Shown: piece by piece, positions 40,636-53,870 of the stretch
How positions within the stretch are numbered: position 1 is the first letter of the stretch
How the letters are laid out: every line of letters starts with the position of its first letter
From: Lingula anatina
Lineage: Eukaryota; Animalia; Brachiopoda
Direction of reading: 5' to 3'
NCBI GenBank assembly: GCA_051362555.1
Contig: CM120640.1
Location: forward strand, 59,312,788 to 59,376,787
DNA length: 64,000 nt
Program-made: the position numbers and the translations under genes
The notes under the pieces: generated by a model
What the model was told of the DNA's origin: nothing
Seen by the model: the letters and a program-made list of their open reading frames with translations, nothing else
The model's database searches: none

Positions 40636-41300
40636 GTCTGTTTTATAACTATAAGCTAATTTAATGGGTATTCAGATCAACAATAGTCTGACCTGGAATG
40701 ATTAGGCAATACAGCAATTGTTCTTTTTACCGAAAATGAATCCATTTTAAATTAACGAACCTTTCTATCGTAGGATAGGATAAGTAAATTACTTAACTAA
40801 GCGTTAACTGCATGGTATGGTCGTGCAGTTGTAGATGACAAAACAGATTGGAAAATAGTAAAGACAAGTGAGGTAATTCGGACAGATCTTGCAAACTATT
40901 TATCGCAAAAGGGTAGCAGATAAAACAGTGCCAGTTATGAGCAACAGTTCCCACCCAGCTCACAACATTTAAAGACCTTTACAAGATACTCTAGGATGTT
41001 AGGCTTTGAAAGTAGATCTTATCAAGTTTTTTTATCAATCATCTAAAACATTTTTATTTATTACTTATCCTATAACACAAGGCCAGTTTGAAACCCTCAC
41101 TCGTAGTCTCACCAACGCGTTTAGGCAGAGTTGAAACAACTGGGAGAAAGCTGAGGAACCATCCAACATCTAGCCTGTGACGGAGAGCAGTGGAATATCT
41201 TTGTTGTGTCTCATAGACGCCAGTCGGCGTAATAAGAAGTTGGTGATGATAGCACAGGGCCGCTTTTATAGAAAGTAAGCATTCCCTCGGATAGTATCTA

Positions 41301-42902
41301 CAGACTTGACATTTAATATGGAATATTTCAGTTTTAAAGGTATATCTAGGTAAAATGCGTTCTTTATCCCAAAAAATTCAGATCTCATATAAGATATCTG
41401 ACTGGAGAAGTGTGAAGTCAGGTGTGTCGCTACCAATTAACTGCTTATCACGTCTGTTGCACTGCTGCATTATGTAATATTCAATGATTTAATTGGGTAG
41501 TGCTCCTTTGGGCTGGTCAAAGCTTGGCTTTGGCGAAGCATGGTTCTGTCAAAAAAGTATCCATATGTCAGCAACTACTGCATAGAAGAATTTGAAATTT
41601 TGCTTGCAAGCCGTTGGTTTTGCAGTGCGTAAGATGAGTTTAGCGGTGTTTTACAAAATTGTTAAGGTGTGCCAGAATGGCGCGAAAAAGACAGACATTG
41701 CCAGACAGATTATTGCGCCAAATGGAACGGTCCGCACAGTTTCATAGAGTAATGCCCAGACTTACGTATCCACACAGAGACCACGCCCAATGTATCGTTA
41801 TCTTACCACCTGGGTATAGGATTCAATGTCCTTCAGGATATGCTGCTGCAATTAAACCCAAACCACCCAGTCCGTTTTGAATGAGAGGCAAATTGTCACC
41901 AAAACGCGTTTTTCAAGGCTCTTAGCGAACACCAAACTGGTTTTAGCAGGTTAGAATACCAGGCCACCTCTGAGGAAGTCACTGTAAACAGCAAAACAGC
42001 GTAGTCTGTTTCTCTAATGATTTGGGGACCATGACATTTTCTGGGTAGAACATTGAAACCGCGTGGTTTTCTTTATTGAGGTCAGATTTCACCTGTACCG
42101 CTAAATTGGTCAAAACAGAGTTTACAGAAATCCCGAGAGGGATTCTGAAGTGACTAGGGTCATTGGCAGTGTCAGTATTTGGAGTGGATACCTCATTGGT
42201 GCCAAAACACCAATGGAAGTCATCGATGAAAACCTGAACCAGATCAAATAAAGGAATAATCTGGGAACCACTTGACTATCATTTGATAGGGGGCACCTTA
42301 GGAACAGATTTAGGTTGCACGATCAGATTGCCGGTTCACACAGAGCACTTTTAATAGCAGATAACTTACAGAACCAAGGGAATGAGCAGCTACTTTGGTC
42401 ATCAAAATCGCCATATTTGAACCACATAGACAATATGTGGGTAGGTAATTAGTCGCCGAATCAACGGCCTACATGTCCTAAAACAAAACGGAACCAAATT
42501 GGACAAGTTTTATTCCAGATTGAATTCCAAAAACCTATCCTAATGTATGCCTTGCCGCTTGAAAGCTCTGGTAGCAGGGAGATGAGGTCGGGCATAACAG
42601 CAACAGTGACTAGACACTGACATGAGGGGCCTTTGTGGGGCATGTAACTCTTTTAAAGACGATAATTTGGGAAATATGGAGATCCAAAATATCGTTTTCA
42701 ATGGTTGTCGTATGACTTAAAATAGGCGATGTATTTTTGTTTGCTTCACGGGCGAATTCAATTAATGAACTGATGTCACAATGACATCGAATAGATTATC
42801 AAAAGTTATTAAAACACGATTTTCATTTATCAGTCTGCAAAATAGAAAAAAACTGATGAATTATGATATGGACAAAATATTCCATATTAAATGTCAAGTC
42901 TG
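41301..42902 (+). mobile_element. Tc1-family DNA transposon (1602 bp) with decayed transposase
   Basis: Perfect 28-bp TIR CAGACTTGACATTTAATATGGAATATTT, TA target duplication both sides. Remnants MPRLTYPHRDHAQ (41752), VCFSN, IDENLNQIK and LLWSSKSPYLNHIDNMW (cf. WPSQSPDLNPIENLW). Confidence 0.92.
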
Positions 42903-44852
42903 TACATACACTGTATGCATCTCTCTCGCGTGACAGTGTACTATCTCACACGTATCATGTTAGTAAATGTACACGTAGGATGTTAACATACCACAATGTG
43001 TTTGCAAAGGTCAATATTGACTTTCACAAAGCTGAAAATCTTTTCCAGCAATCTCTTTTTTTAATATGCAGTAGAAACCTCAGGGCTTACGTATTAATCT
43101 CTGAAGTAGCCTCAATGCATTCACTGATAGCCACTGATACCAAAAGAAGTTTCATTATTAACTGCAGGACAGTTGAGTACAACTTGCGAGCGGAAACGAT
43201 TTGAATGTATTCTATTGATCATTTTAACCACCCATGCTGCAATATACAGACCATCGAGCAATGGCTTTTTATAGAAATTGAAAATAAGGACTTTGCATGA
43301 CCGTGTTCTAACCTTTCAAATAAATTGATGCACTGCTAACGAACTGTTCACTGCATCAGCACGCCTGAGAACCCTTATACCATATGGTAAATAACCCTTT
43401 TTACTGTTCTGCAGAAAACTGCTTATCTGTGACATACCTGCAGTTCCCAATGACTCTCTCCAACCCTGCATCAATAAAATGTTTCGTTCCCGAAAAAGTT
43501 CACTATCATTCTAACCAAAAATAGCCGAGATGGTGCGCCTTCTGGGTATCCCCACCTTGTCTCATGTGAAGTTTGATTTATATGTCCAACTGTGTCGAAA
43601 TAAATGCCGGTCACTGTACGTTCCACAACAAAGTGCCTCATTCGTTCAGGCTCGAGGCTGTTCTTTACGCAGACATTTACCTGTACCTCCTAACGCAGAA
43701 ATAGCGCACCTGTGGTATAACTTCAACTTTAATGCAGCATGATGACTTGTTTGTTATTTAAAACAGCCATACAAATTGTGTTCTTCCTCTTTTGCTACCC
43801 TGATAAATTTATAAAACCAAGTACAATATTGAATGAAAACGTTATAAAGTAAACATATATGCACAAACGTGCATTCACATTTGTATGTCATTTGTTAAAT
43901 TTTTATGTATATGAGGTTAACTGTTGGTGAAATACACTGATTGCCAATTCCAACTTTATTATTCATTTAACGCTTTCCTTAAATCCTGCATTCGGTCTGA
44001 ATGGGAATATTCCAAGATAGCGTAAAATGAGACTGTCAGCACAGCGTGACGTCATACGAGACCAGAAAACTTCAGTGGATAAATTCTGTTTGCTTTAATT
44101 CGTTCCCGTAAAGCAACGACTGCCATTGTTTCTGACCCCACTCTCTTCCAAATCGTGTCAAACCTCACTTGACTTAACGCTTAACCATGAGACTTGGGTC
44201 ATTTTGGAAGATTTCCATTAAAATATAAAACTCTGTAAACGACCTTGTGCTTGATGTCGTTTTCACAGCATGGCACATATAGAACTGCCCAAACCCATTG
44301 CAAAATCAAGGGAAATCTTGATATGCAAACATTTACTTCCATTCATTATAACTGTGATACATATAGTACAGCTGTGTTCTCATTTCCTGTTCTAAGGAGA
44401 TATAATGAGTGGTAAAATACCTAAAATTTTCATAGTTGTTTGCTGATTATCCTTTTTTGTTCCTGATTAATTGATTAAAACGAGATGCGCCCAACATTTT
44501 ATGATGAATAAAATGCATATGACATTTGACGATGAATAGAAAATGCAGTTTTTAGCAACTACATGTGCATACAGTATATATATACCTTTACACGTCGGCT
44601 TAAATATCCAGGGGGCAAATTCTTGGCATTAAGTACCGATACTGCACCGTAATTCAATGTTGGTTTAAGGACACTTATATTTGCAAGAGGTAAGATTGAA
44701 CGTTATTCCACAAGTTAATGAAGTTGTAGTCCATATTCGCTAGTTTCAGTTCTATACTCGTCTTAATTTTTTATACTTAAACCTTGACAGCACAGGTTTA
44801 AGTACGGTATGGGAAATCTTTCTTCAATCTGCAAAATGTATTTTCCCACAGG

Positions 44853-44853
<1 letters not shown>

Positions 44854-44895
<42 letters not shown>
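44854..44895. repeat. poly(T) tract
   Basis: Directly visible. Confidence 0.98.
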
Positions 44896-44897
<2 letters not shown>

Positions 44898-46275
44898 AGT
44901 AAATCTTTTTGCGCCTTTGTGACACTTTATTTGCAGGCCTCAGTCTCTTTCTAAAACTTAGTGTTCAAACTTGTTTCATACGGCACGCTGACCTTCATTG
45001 TCCCTTTAGTCAAATTTGCCGGACGAATTACAAGCGCTCTTTCTTGCAATTTATCAATATCGTTTGGGAGGATCTAACTTGAAATGTAAATGTAGTAATA
45101 ACATAACAGCATTTACATGACTTCACTTTTAGTGCACAGTGTCGATGCATACTTTGGTGCATTATGTACATTATTTTTTTAACTGATGGGTACATATATT
45201 TGATTAAGAAACCATATCTTATACGCGTCCTTTACCCTATTTATACTAGAACATGTATTTGACCAAAAACAAATCAATATCTGAATTCAGGCAGGTTAAC
45301 TTTTTAGCAATATCAATACAAATCAGGTTTGGGGTATTTTTAGATATATATGCATCTATACATGGTTGTTAGGAAATATTATCAACAGCTGGGTATCGGT
45401 AGTGGCCAGTATTGGAAACATTACTATTACGGTATTATAATAATATCTGCTTGGTTTTTAGGTTAAAACAGCGGTAAACTGGAGTTAGCAATAATCGACT
45501 AAATTAGAATATTTATGCCAATGCCGAATGCCAAATTTAATTATTATAAATGCGTCCATTATAACGGATTCTGTAGAGAGAAAACATTGCTCTTCGACTG
45601 AACACATTTTCTAGATTGACATTTGAACTTCTGTCCCCCAGATAGAAATGTAACTCGACCTGCCTTCATAATAAACTTCAGAATATTTTTTGTAAACTTT
45701 TTCAGTTTATGACTTCAAACATAATTCAGTTCAGTTCATTAGCATTTAGCAACACAACTTAAGCCTCTGTTGTGTTTTATCTTTTTTCATTCACTACTTT
45801 TTGAAAAGAAGGGTGGTATGAAACTTGTTTAATGTCAAACAATTTGCGCACACTCGTATTAGTTTCGCCTTTACCATCCATTGGTTGCTCATCAGTAGCA
45901 TAGCCAAGAAAGAACATTTACTCCAGAAGTTTACATTCTTCATAACTAATACATTATTGATACCACTGTAGACCAAAATGATGTAGCATTCAAAAGCAAG
46001 CATGAAAAGTTTTTTCCGAAGAAAAAATCTATAAATATATATCAAATTACACTAATCCCAAGGGTTTTTTGTATTTACACTACTTATTGGACTCTGTCAA
46101 CAGATAGCTGTAAAAGCATCCAGAACCACTGTGGTCCAGCTTTTATGAAGTGTTTTCCGCTGTCACTGAAGACCGCAAGATGTGATTAAAGAGTTGCGAA
46201 GATTGACAGGATTGACCATAAGGTACTGCATGTATATTTGTCACAAGGAACTCCTACAGGTATATCTGTCAAAGA

Positions 46276-46278
<3 letters not shown>

Positions 46279-46320
<42 letters not shown>

Positions 46321-46334
46321 AAGGGAGGGAGAGA
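46279..46334. repeat. (AG)n microsatellite with G-rich tail
   Basis: Directly visible. Confidence 0.97.
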
Positions 46335-47512
46335 TGCTGTACTGTATGTTAGCTCCATGCTGTGCAAATAATCTGTTATTGAGGTTTTAAATTTATTTAG
46401 GATATCATCGAATACAAATTAATTTTAATGATTTTCCATAAGCTGTCATATAAATCAGAACGGCCTTGAGAAAATAATGACCCAAATCGCACGTCAGAGT
46501 GACTTGCTGTCCTCCGCCAATGTAATTGGTTATCATCACATGGACTAAAAACGTAATTTATAAAATCGGGATAAGTTGTTGACGCAGTTCTTGCTAGCGT
46601 GAGACTTGAAGGGTTTTCCTGAACTCCATTATGCGAAGTGTTTTGAATGCTTAGCAGACACGAAGAGGATATTTGACATACAAGTTAGAATATCCTGTGT
46701 TTTGTATAAAGATTTCACCTTACGCATTTAAATACAAAACCATTTAGATCATTATGAAAGGATCAATACAATACAACTGTCATTTTGGACTATTAAAAAT
46801 AATACGCATAAATGCTTAGCATTTTAAAAGAAAAATATTATTATAGGCGGGTCCTTAGTTAAAACAACACCACAGTTTAGGCCTAAAGGCGCATCAATAA
46901 TCGGAATATTAAAAATCCATTTCTATCAGAATTTAACTATTCAATATGATAACGTGAAGGTCCAGCCGATGGAATTAGTATGTTTGAACAAATACTCAAA
47001 TATTCAAGAAATAAACTGTTTACTTTAAACATCATTCAGATGCTGACTGCTGGATGAAAGCCAAAGCATGGGTTCATATGGATCACCTTTTATCAACGAT
47101 ATTACCCGTAACGAGAGAAGCGGATGACGCATTCCATGTAGGCCTACATGTTATGTGGAAGTCATGTAAAGTTCTTGTAAAGGGAATGTAGTTATGAGAA
47201 ACAACTTTTATTATTTTAGAAGAAAAGTGTGCGAACACACCTATGAGACTTCAAAGAAACATTAGCGTTGACTTATATGTTCTTGCCAAGACGTGACTTG
47301 GACTGATAAGATGCATCTCAAACAAAATATATTGTAGAATCATCAAACAGACTAACTGGCTAACAGGTAACTGGACCTAGTTCAAGAATATTATCAGAAT
47401 AATACACACCAAATACTATATAGATACTATTTCCAAGAGATGGATCTGTTGCAAGACTGAAGTGGACAGCACACTGGAGAGTATCAGGAGGAAAAAGGTG
47501 AATAAGTTAACA

Positions 47513-47826
47513 GTAGGAGGAATTAGTACTAGTGTATTATGAAAGCTTAGTTTGGGACTTACACAGAAGCAATAGAGAATGTTTTTAAAATCCTAAAATC
47601 TTTCCTTTATAAGTATTTGCCCATACCGAAATATGAAACGGAACTGTATAAATTCAAAGGGTTTCAGGAGGGCAATGTCAAAGTGTCGATCATAGATACA
47701 GGTAGGAGGAATTAGTACTAGTGTACTATGAAAGCTCAGCTTACACAGTAACAATAGATAATATGTTTTAAGTCCTAATTTTCTTCCTTTATAAGAAATA
47801 GTCCATATATGAAACGGAAATGTAAA
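47513..47826. repeat. Direct duplication, two ~130-bp diverged copies 189 bp apart
   Basis: GTAGGAGGAATTAGTACTAGTGTA(T/C)TATGAAAGCT...ATATGAAACGGAA at 47513 and 47702. Confidence 0.9.
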
Positions 47827-49120
47827 GCCAATTCTTGTCAGACGACAATGTGTACGGCCGCCAAAACCGTCTTCATAACGTATATCTTAACTAAGTTAGA
47901 GAGCGTCTAATAGCATCTCCCCTCTTTGCATGTCCCATAGAATAATACGCATTTTCCCTTTTGAATCACGCATTAGCGAACAAAAGTGAGATGTTCACGT
48001 CATTTTGTGTTAGGTGTAACAAGCGAAATCCATTCCTCCAAACTACATATTGCAATTATATTTGCCCTTGCATTAATAACATTTCTTGTGTCTCCACCGC
48101 CCTCTGCAAAATCCTGGGTCCGCCAGTGGTCATATCATATTGCTTTCGCCTGTCGGAAGATAATCGTTTGTAGGTTCGAGGTAGCTCCAGACAAAAGCGA
48201 CATAACCGAGACTATTTGGAACCCAGGTACATGCAAGCGCGATATTGTCTTTTTTTTTTTACATTGCCCATCAGGAGAAATGCCATTTTGAAGTCCATGG
48301 AAAGTGGCAATGCCGCTTCCGTCTGTCTAGGAAATTGACTTCGACCGAAACGTGTGTTCATATAATTCTGAAAACCAGAATCAGTGACAAGCATGAGCAA
48401 CAGCACTGAAAATGAAATAAGGATAAAAATTGAGAATCGCGTGTGAAGTAAACGAAAGGCACCCGTAGACTTCATATTCGTTTTATTTGAAAGTGAAAAA
48501 TGCCTGCATGTCGTGATTGTTCAAGATGATGAGATTTGTTTAACCCAATCTGACAAACCACAGAGAAACCTAAAAACACGTACAAATGTAGGCCTATATC
48601 CAAGACAAAGCTACAAGGTTCCAGTGAATACCATGTGCCATAAGATAATGAAACATCTTAATATTTTGAAGAGGTCACAGTATTGTTTTAATTCTTATTG
48701 CTAAATAGATGGTAGGCCTATAAAAATAAATGATTATGAACCCTTCTCTTTCTTTTAAGAATAGGCCTCCGTCAATGTATGAAACGAGAACTATGTATGG
48801 ATCATTTGGCAGTCATGTGTGACATGCTTGTCCTTGGAGTGGAAGTATGGGATAGACCTATCATAATACAGGTTAGAGTTAGTCGGAAGTAGGCCTATTG
48901 AGAGGCAGTATAGGCCTACAGGGCGAATGGCACATGCAGCAAGTAGCCTAATTGGAAATGGACTAAATTCAAATATTAGCCAACTACCTAACAGTAATTT
49001 ATAAGTTCGAGTAGACAAATCTGTGACTTATTTTGATGACAAAACAAAATCTTATATCTGGGTCTACTATCAAGCAAGATGCAAGATGTCCCGGGTTTCA
49101 GCCTCCATCTGCATTGGGAT

Positions 49121-49169
49121 TGGGGTGGGGTGGTGGTGGTGGTGGTGGTGGTGGTGGGGGGGGGGGGGG
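49121..49169. repeat. (GGT)n plus poly(G)
   Basis: Directly visible. Confidence 0.97.
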
Positions 49170-50899
49170 CAGTGCTATGGTTTAAAGACTATAGGCCTAG
49201 CCAGTGTAAGGCTAGTGTCATAATTACCACTGCATGGATATCTATGCGTCGAACAAAAGATACAATTATTCCTAAAATCGCTAGCAAATCTAAGCATGTT
49301 AATTATAGGCCTACCAAAACCCCACGAAAAAAAAAACTAAATTACGTAACCAGAATCTTACCCACAACACTCGCACAAACGGTCCCTGAGGTGTGTTTCC
49401 AAAGGCAAAGGATCTGCAACTTTATCTTTATAATGCTTGATAGTACCACACTTTTACAATAATATCACGCCGTGGGCTTTACTGTTCCCTTTTTCACAGC
49501 AGACGATTCATCACATGCGTTTTCAAATCTCCTCTTCTTAAAGACTCGTACAAGAAAAGTCTATCAATTTAGCTGTATACATTGTTCAGTAACAGCATAT
49601 GTTTTTATGTAGATGTATTCTGATGGACACTTAAAAAAACAACAGCAGCCTCTAAAAACTCAATGCAAGATATTTGGGTTTAGCAAAGGTTGAGGTTGAA
49701 CACAAGGTGTCTGATTTCCTATTTGACTTCTGTTTCTTGATGCATTTTTTTATTTGTATTATTTTTGTCTGTTGTGGTCAGATTTTCTTCCTTGTATTCT
49801 AACCTGGTCTCTCACTGTTTTGCAGAAGCCCCTCTCGCATTTTGAAACCATCGGTTTAACTTTTTCAATATTGTTAATCATGGAAATGTGATAAACAGAT
49901 TAATAAAGCAACAAAAACCCAATTAAGCATTAGAAATCTGTAGGGTAAATGACCTCAAAACCCATAGACGTATTGGCTGTTTCATTTAATTTTGGAACAG
50001 TGAAACTAATCTTTGGAACGGTGAAACTTGAAACTCATGAGAATTTTTACTAGTAAACACTTGTAGGCCTTAACATCACTGTCAACAAGACATTCAATTT
50101 GTAGCCAGCATTCTTCTGGTATGAGATGCAGTATATGAAGGGCAACTTATCCACAGCATTATCAATTTTTGCAACAAAGTTATAGGACCTACTAAAAGTG
50201 AATGTCCATGGCCCCAATAGCAGGCAATCCCTCCTCCTCATGCACGCTGGCATGTGATTATGCAACCGCCGTAAATTATTAGTGCACTAGTCTTCATTCA
50301 CAGGCACTGTGACATGTTGACTGCCAACGTACTGCTGAATTTTAGTAATGTATAGCTACATGTATTTGGAAGTAATGCTCCACCACGGTGGTTGATGAAA
50401 CCACTGAATTTTGTTAACGTTCTTCTGGTGAGACAGAGTTATCGATGTTACCACCCGAATCCTCCTTATTGATGAGTTCCCGAGATGGCAACTCAACATA
50501 TGTGGAGAAGATTATAAATACAAATTTATCGACAGAGCCTACATGTATATATTCATATGAGGAAGTCATCCAGCGCGGCAGTCTCTGGCCCCCAGACTGA
50601 AGGCGTTGCAGGGTTCAGAACAAGTCTTGCACTGACCAATCATTACCGGGGGGTTCTAATTAACAAGTCACGCGGTCTACGCCAAAGGGGAGGACAAATG
50701 AAGCCACATACCACAACAGATATGGCTAGAACAAAGGGCACACAATGAAGAAACGTGCGAGGTGAGAACAGAGAGAAAGACGTATTCCACGGTATTTCAC
50801 TCTACCGGTGCAGCTGTGCAGAATGCCAGCATATATTTCAGTTATATTATATATCAGGTGATGCCAGATTAAAAAAATGAAGCATGTGTCAAAAGTTAA

Positions 50900-51200
50900 A
50901 CTTTTTAAAGAAAAGAATTCTAGCCCAACCTGGGAACTAGTGCAGTTGCTTTAAATGGTAGTAATGCGAAAATCTCTAGTGTGCAACATACTAGTTAGTA
51001 AAAAGGCGTGCTCAAATATTCTGAATACGTAATATTTATATCTTATCACCTTGGCATCCATATAGTATAGGGTTGCAGAAATCCAGCCTAGAAGTGACTG
51101 ATGCCTGTAGCTAACAGCGGCAGCAGATGATTGATTCAGATAATTTCTTGTCGAGTCAATATTCCGAATGTTGAAGAAACAAGACTTTTTTTCACAGACA
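50900..51200 (-). mobile_element. Decayed L2-type LINE ORF2 fragment
   Basis: VCEKKSCFFNIRNIDSTRNYLNQSSA, frameshifted SRLDFCNPILYG and RITTI-KQLH motifs resemble the L2/CR1 post-RT region. Confidence 0.75.
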
Positions 51201-51625
51201 GACAGAGTTAACTTTGAATTCATAATTGTTCTTGAGGGTTACATGTATGTAAAAGTCCATCAAGATAAGCAAAACATACATGTATTGTGCACCTTCGTGG
51301 ACGTTTTGATATCTCTGCCTCTATCATTTTGCATTCATATATTTGTCCATCTGACAGCTTTGCTATCTTGCTAAGAAATTTTGGTAATTTTAAAGGGATT
51401 GTATCAATTTTCATTTCCATGATCCTGAATGTGAAATGCAATTGTTTTCTTTCATGTACATTCCTTGGTCTTTATAAAGAATAATGTATTTTTCATATGA
51501 TAAGCATTTACATTATTTTTATCAAGGTTGTGTATCTGGTATGTTAAAAAAAATTCATGTCTAATTAGCAGACATATAGCAGTTTGTTTTTTATTTAAAG
51601 ATTTAGGGGGTTATATAGCAAAATA

Positions 51626-52543
51626 CAGACTTGATTGACATTTAATATGGAATATTCTTTCTAAATTATTTTTCTTTGATTTTTTAAAACTTTTACGACT
51701 TATAAATGAAAACAAGGGTTTAAATCTTCTTTTAATTACTTTTCAGCTCTTTAATTAAATTCACCCGATAAAGCAATACATAATACATGACTGATATTAA
51801 GTCACAAAACAATCATTAAAAGTGTTATTGCAACTTCCATATTTTCAAAACAATCATCTATGAAAGAGTTACACGCTTCTCAAACGACGCTCACAGAAGT
51901 GTCTGGTCACAGCAACGGTCAGTGCTGCGTCTGGCCTCATCTGGCTGCTACCAGGGCTCTAAACTCACAAGGTATTGCTTCTAACAGGTTTGCTGAAGTT
52001 TTAACTGGAATAATATTCCAAGCATTGATCGGATTTTGTCCAATTTGGTCATCAGATTTGTTGTAAGACCAGTAGGGAGTTGATACGGTGAGGACTAGCT
52101 ACCCACAGATTGCCTTAAGGCTTCAAATCTGGCGATCTTGATGGTCGCAGTAGCTGCTTAGACCCTTGGTTCCGCAAATATTGTGCAATAACAGGTGCTC
52201 TACGTGGACGGATATTTTCATTTTGTGAAGTGAAATTGCTCCTGAGCATATGGGAGTCAGTTGGTTTCCGGAATATTCCTGTATTTGTTCTGGTTCAGGT
52301 TTCTATCAAACCGTGCTCTGCCAAGACCAGCCCAAAGAGTACTACCCAAAGAAATCAGCACGCATTACGTAATGCAGCAGTGCTTCAGACACGGCAGTCA
52401 GTTAAGTGTTACTGACACACCTGATCACAAACTTATCATTTCTCATAATTCACATGAGACACGTTTTAGAAATAAATAACACGTTTACCTACTAGTAGAC
52501 ACACTTTTCAAACTTTAATATTCCATATCAAATGTCAAGTCTG
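51626..52543 (-). mobile_element. Tc1-family internal-deletion derivative (918 bp), same family as 41301-42902
   Basis: Same TIR (left copy has a 4-bp duplication), TA flanks. Minus strand keeps the 5' subterminal region and C-terminal DRNLNQNKYRNI / RPSRSPDLKP*GNLW motifs but lacks the N-terminal half. Confidence 0.9.
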
Positions 52544-53354
52544 TAAGATCTAGTATCAACAGCAGATAACAAAAGATTGATAACACTCGTTAATATTTGT
52601 TATAAATCAAAAGAGATTATATAGGGTGGCTCATACTCTGTCAGATATTCAATACGCTTTACTTTTCAAAAGCATATTAATCACGGAAACACATGCCACA
52701 GTATAAAATCAAGAAAAAGCTCAAATTAATGAATAAGTTTTAAGTGCCACCTTTGTACCTGTGTGTACTGTTTCGGACAGGTTGCAATCTAACCGATTTC
52801 CATCAATTGTTGTATTTCTGTACTGTTTTTCCGCCTCATTTGTCGAGTTAGTAAGTTGTCATTTTTTATACAGGTGCTCTGTTTTTATTTTCTTTAGGAT
52901 TTCATTCTGTTATTTGGGCAACGGTTATTTTTCATCATCAGCGAACAAAAATTTACCGGTATTAGGGAATAGTAAAATGAGGAAGGCAGACGACGATCTT
53001 GCTAATTCTGTTCTAAGACTAACAATACAACCTGAACTTGTCGAAATAATTATCATTGCATGGCTTCAAAACGTGCAAACATCTATTGTTAAAGATTGAG
53101 GCGAATTGTAACTATTGTGTCACAGCAGAAGAAATATAATGGATACACTAGGAAGGGATTTTTTACAGGGCCTCATGTGTTTCTATACATTCCATATGAT
53201 TCATGTGTACATTTTTTCTGATTTTTTTCTGATTTGCGTTATTCTTGTTCATACGAAGATGTCTTATTGTACTTCTATGACTTTTCATCCGCTTTTTTCG
53301 TTTTTAGGGTAAGAATCCATGTTCTTGTAACTAATAACCACAGTGGCCTAGCAA

Positions 53355-53870
53355 TAAAACCTTGGAAGCGAGATTTAATCCGTTTAATTGCTAAATCCCC
53401 TTAGGCCTGGTGCGTGTGGTAGGCGGGAAGACCATTAGGGGATTAGCGGCATCGCTTTCAAGTGGGGTTGACCATATTTGGTCTGCGGACCAGTTATGAA
53501 TGCAACCTCTGGCTTTTTTTTTTTTAAACACTTTTAAACAACCAGAAATCCACAGTGTTTTATGTGATTAAATTACAGCCTTTTCTGCTACTCAGTAAGC
53601 TTAATAGTAATTTGATATAACACGATTATTATGAAACCGGCAAAATTTTTATGAAAGCGGAAATATCTCACCGGGAATAAAAGAGCGCATTCAGAACAGA
53701 TGATCCGCGGAGTAACTCATCCGCCGACTAAATATGGCCGACCCCTCTTAAAAAAATGATGCCGCTAATTCCCTGATTCGCCGTCGCTGACGGGGCTTAT
53801 CGATTAAACCTCGGAGCCGAGATTTAATCCGTTTAAAGGCGCATGTGGAGGCGGGGAGACGATCAGCGAA
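53355..53870. mobile_element. Two partial MITE copies related to the 14024-14195 element
   Basis: Both share CGAGATTTAATCCGTTTAA and TGTGG-AGGCGGG; GCATTCAGAACAG...AAATATGGCCGACCC (53687) and TTCAAGTGGGGTTGACCATATTTGG (53457) match arms of the 14-kb element. Confidence 0.7.

Noticed and set aside
44047-44054. Full CRE palindrome TGACGTCA
   Set aside because: One 8-mer in 64 kb is expected by chance; no promoter context visible.
44854-44899. Plus-strand acceptor-like poly(T)-GCAG
   Set aside because: No downstream coding exon or plus-strand gene context.
48100-48128. AAATCCTGGGTCCGCCAGTG, resembling one end of a common hAT-like MITE
   Set aside because: No matching opposite arm found, so boundaries cannot be supported.
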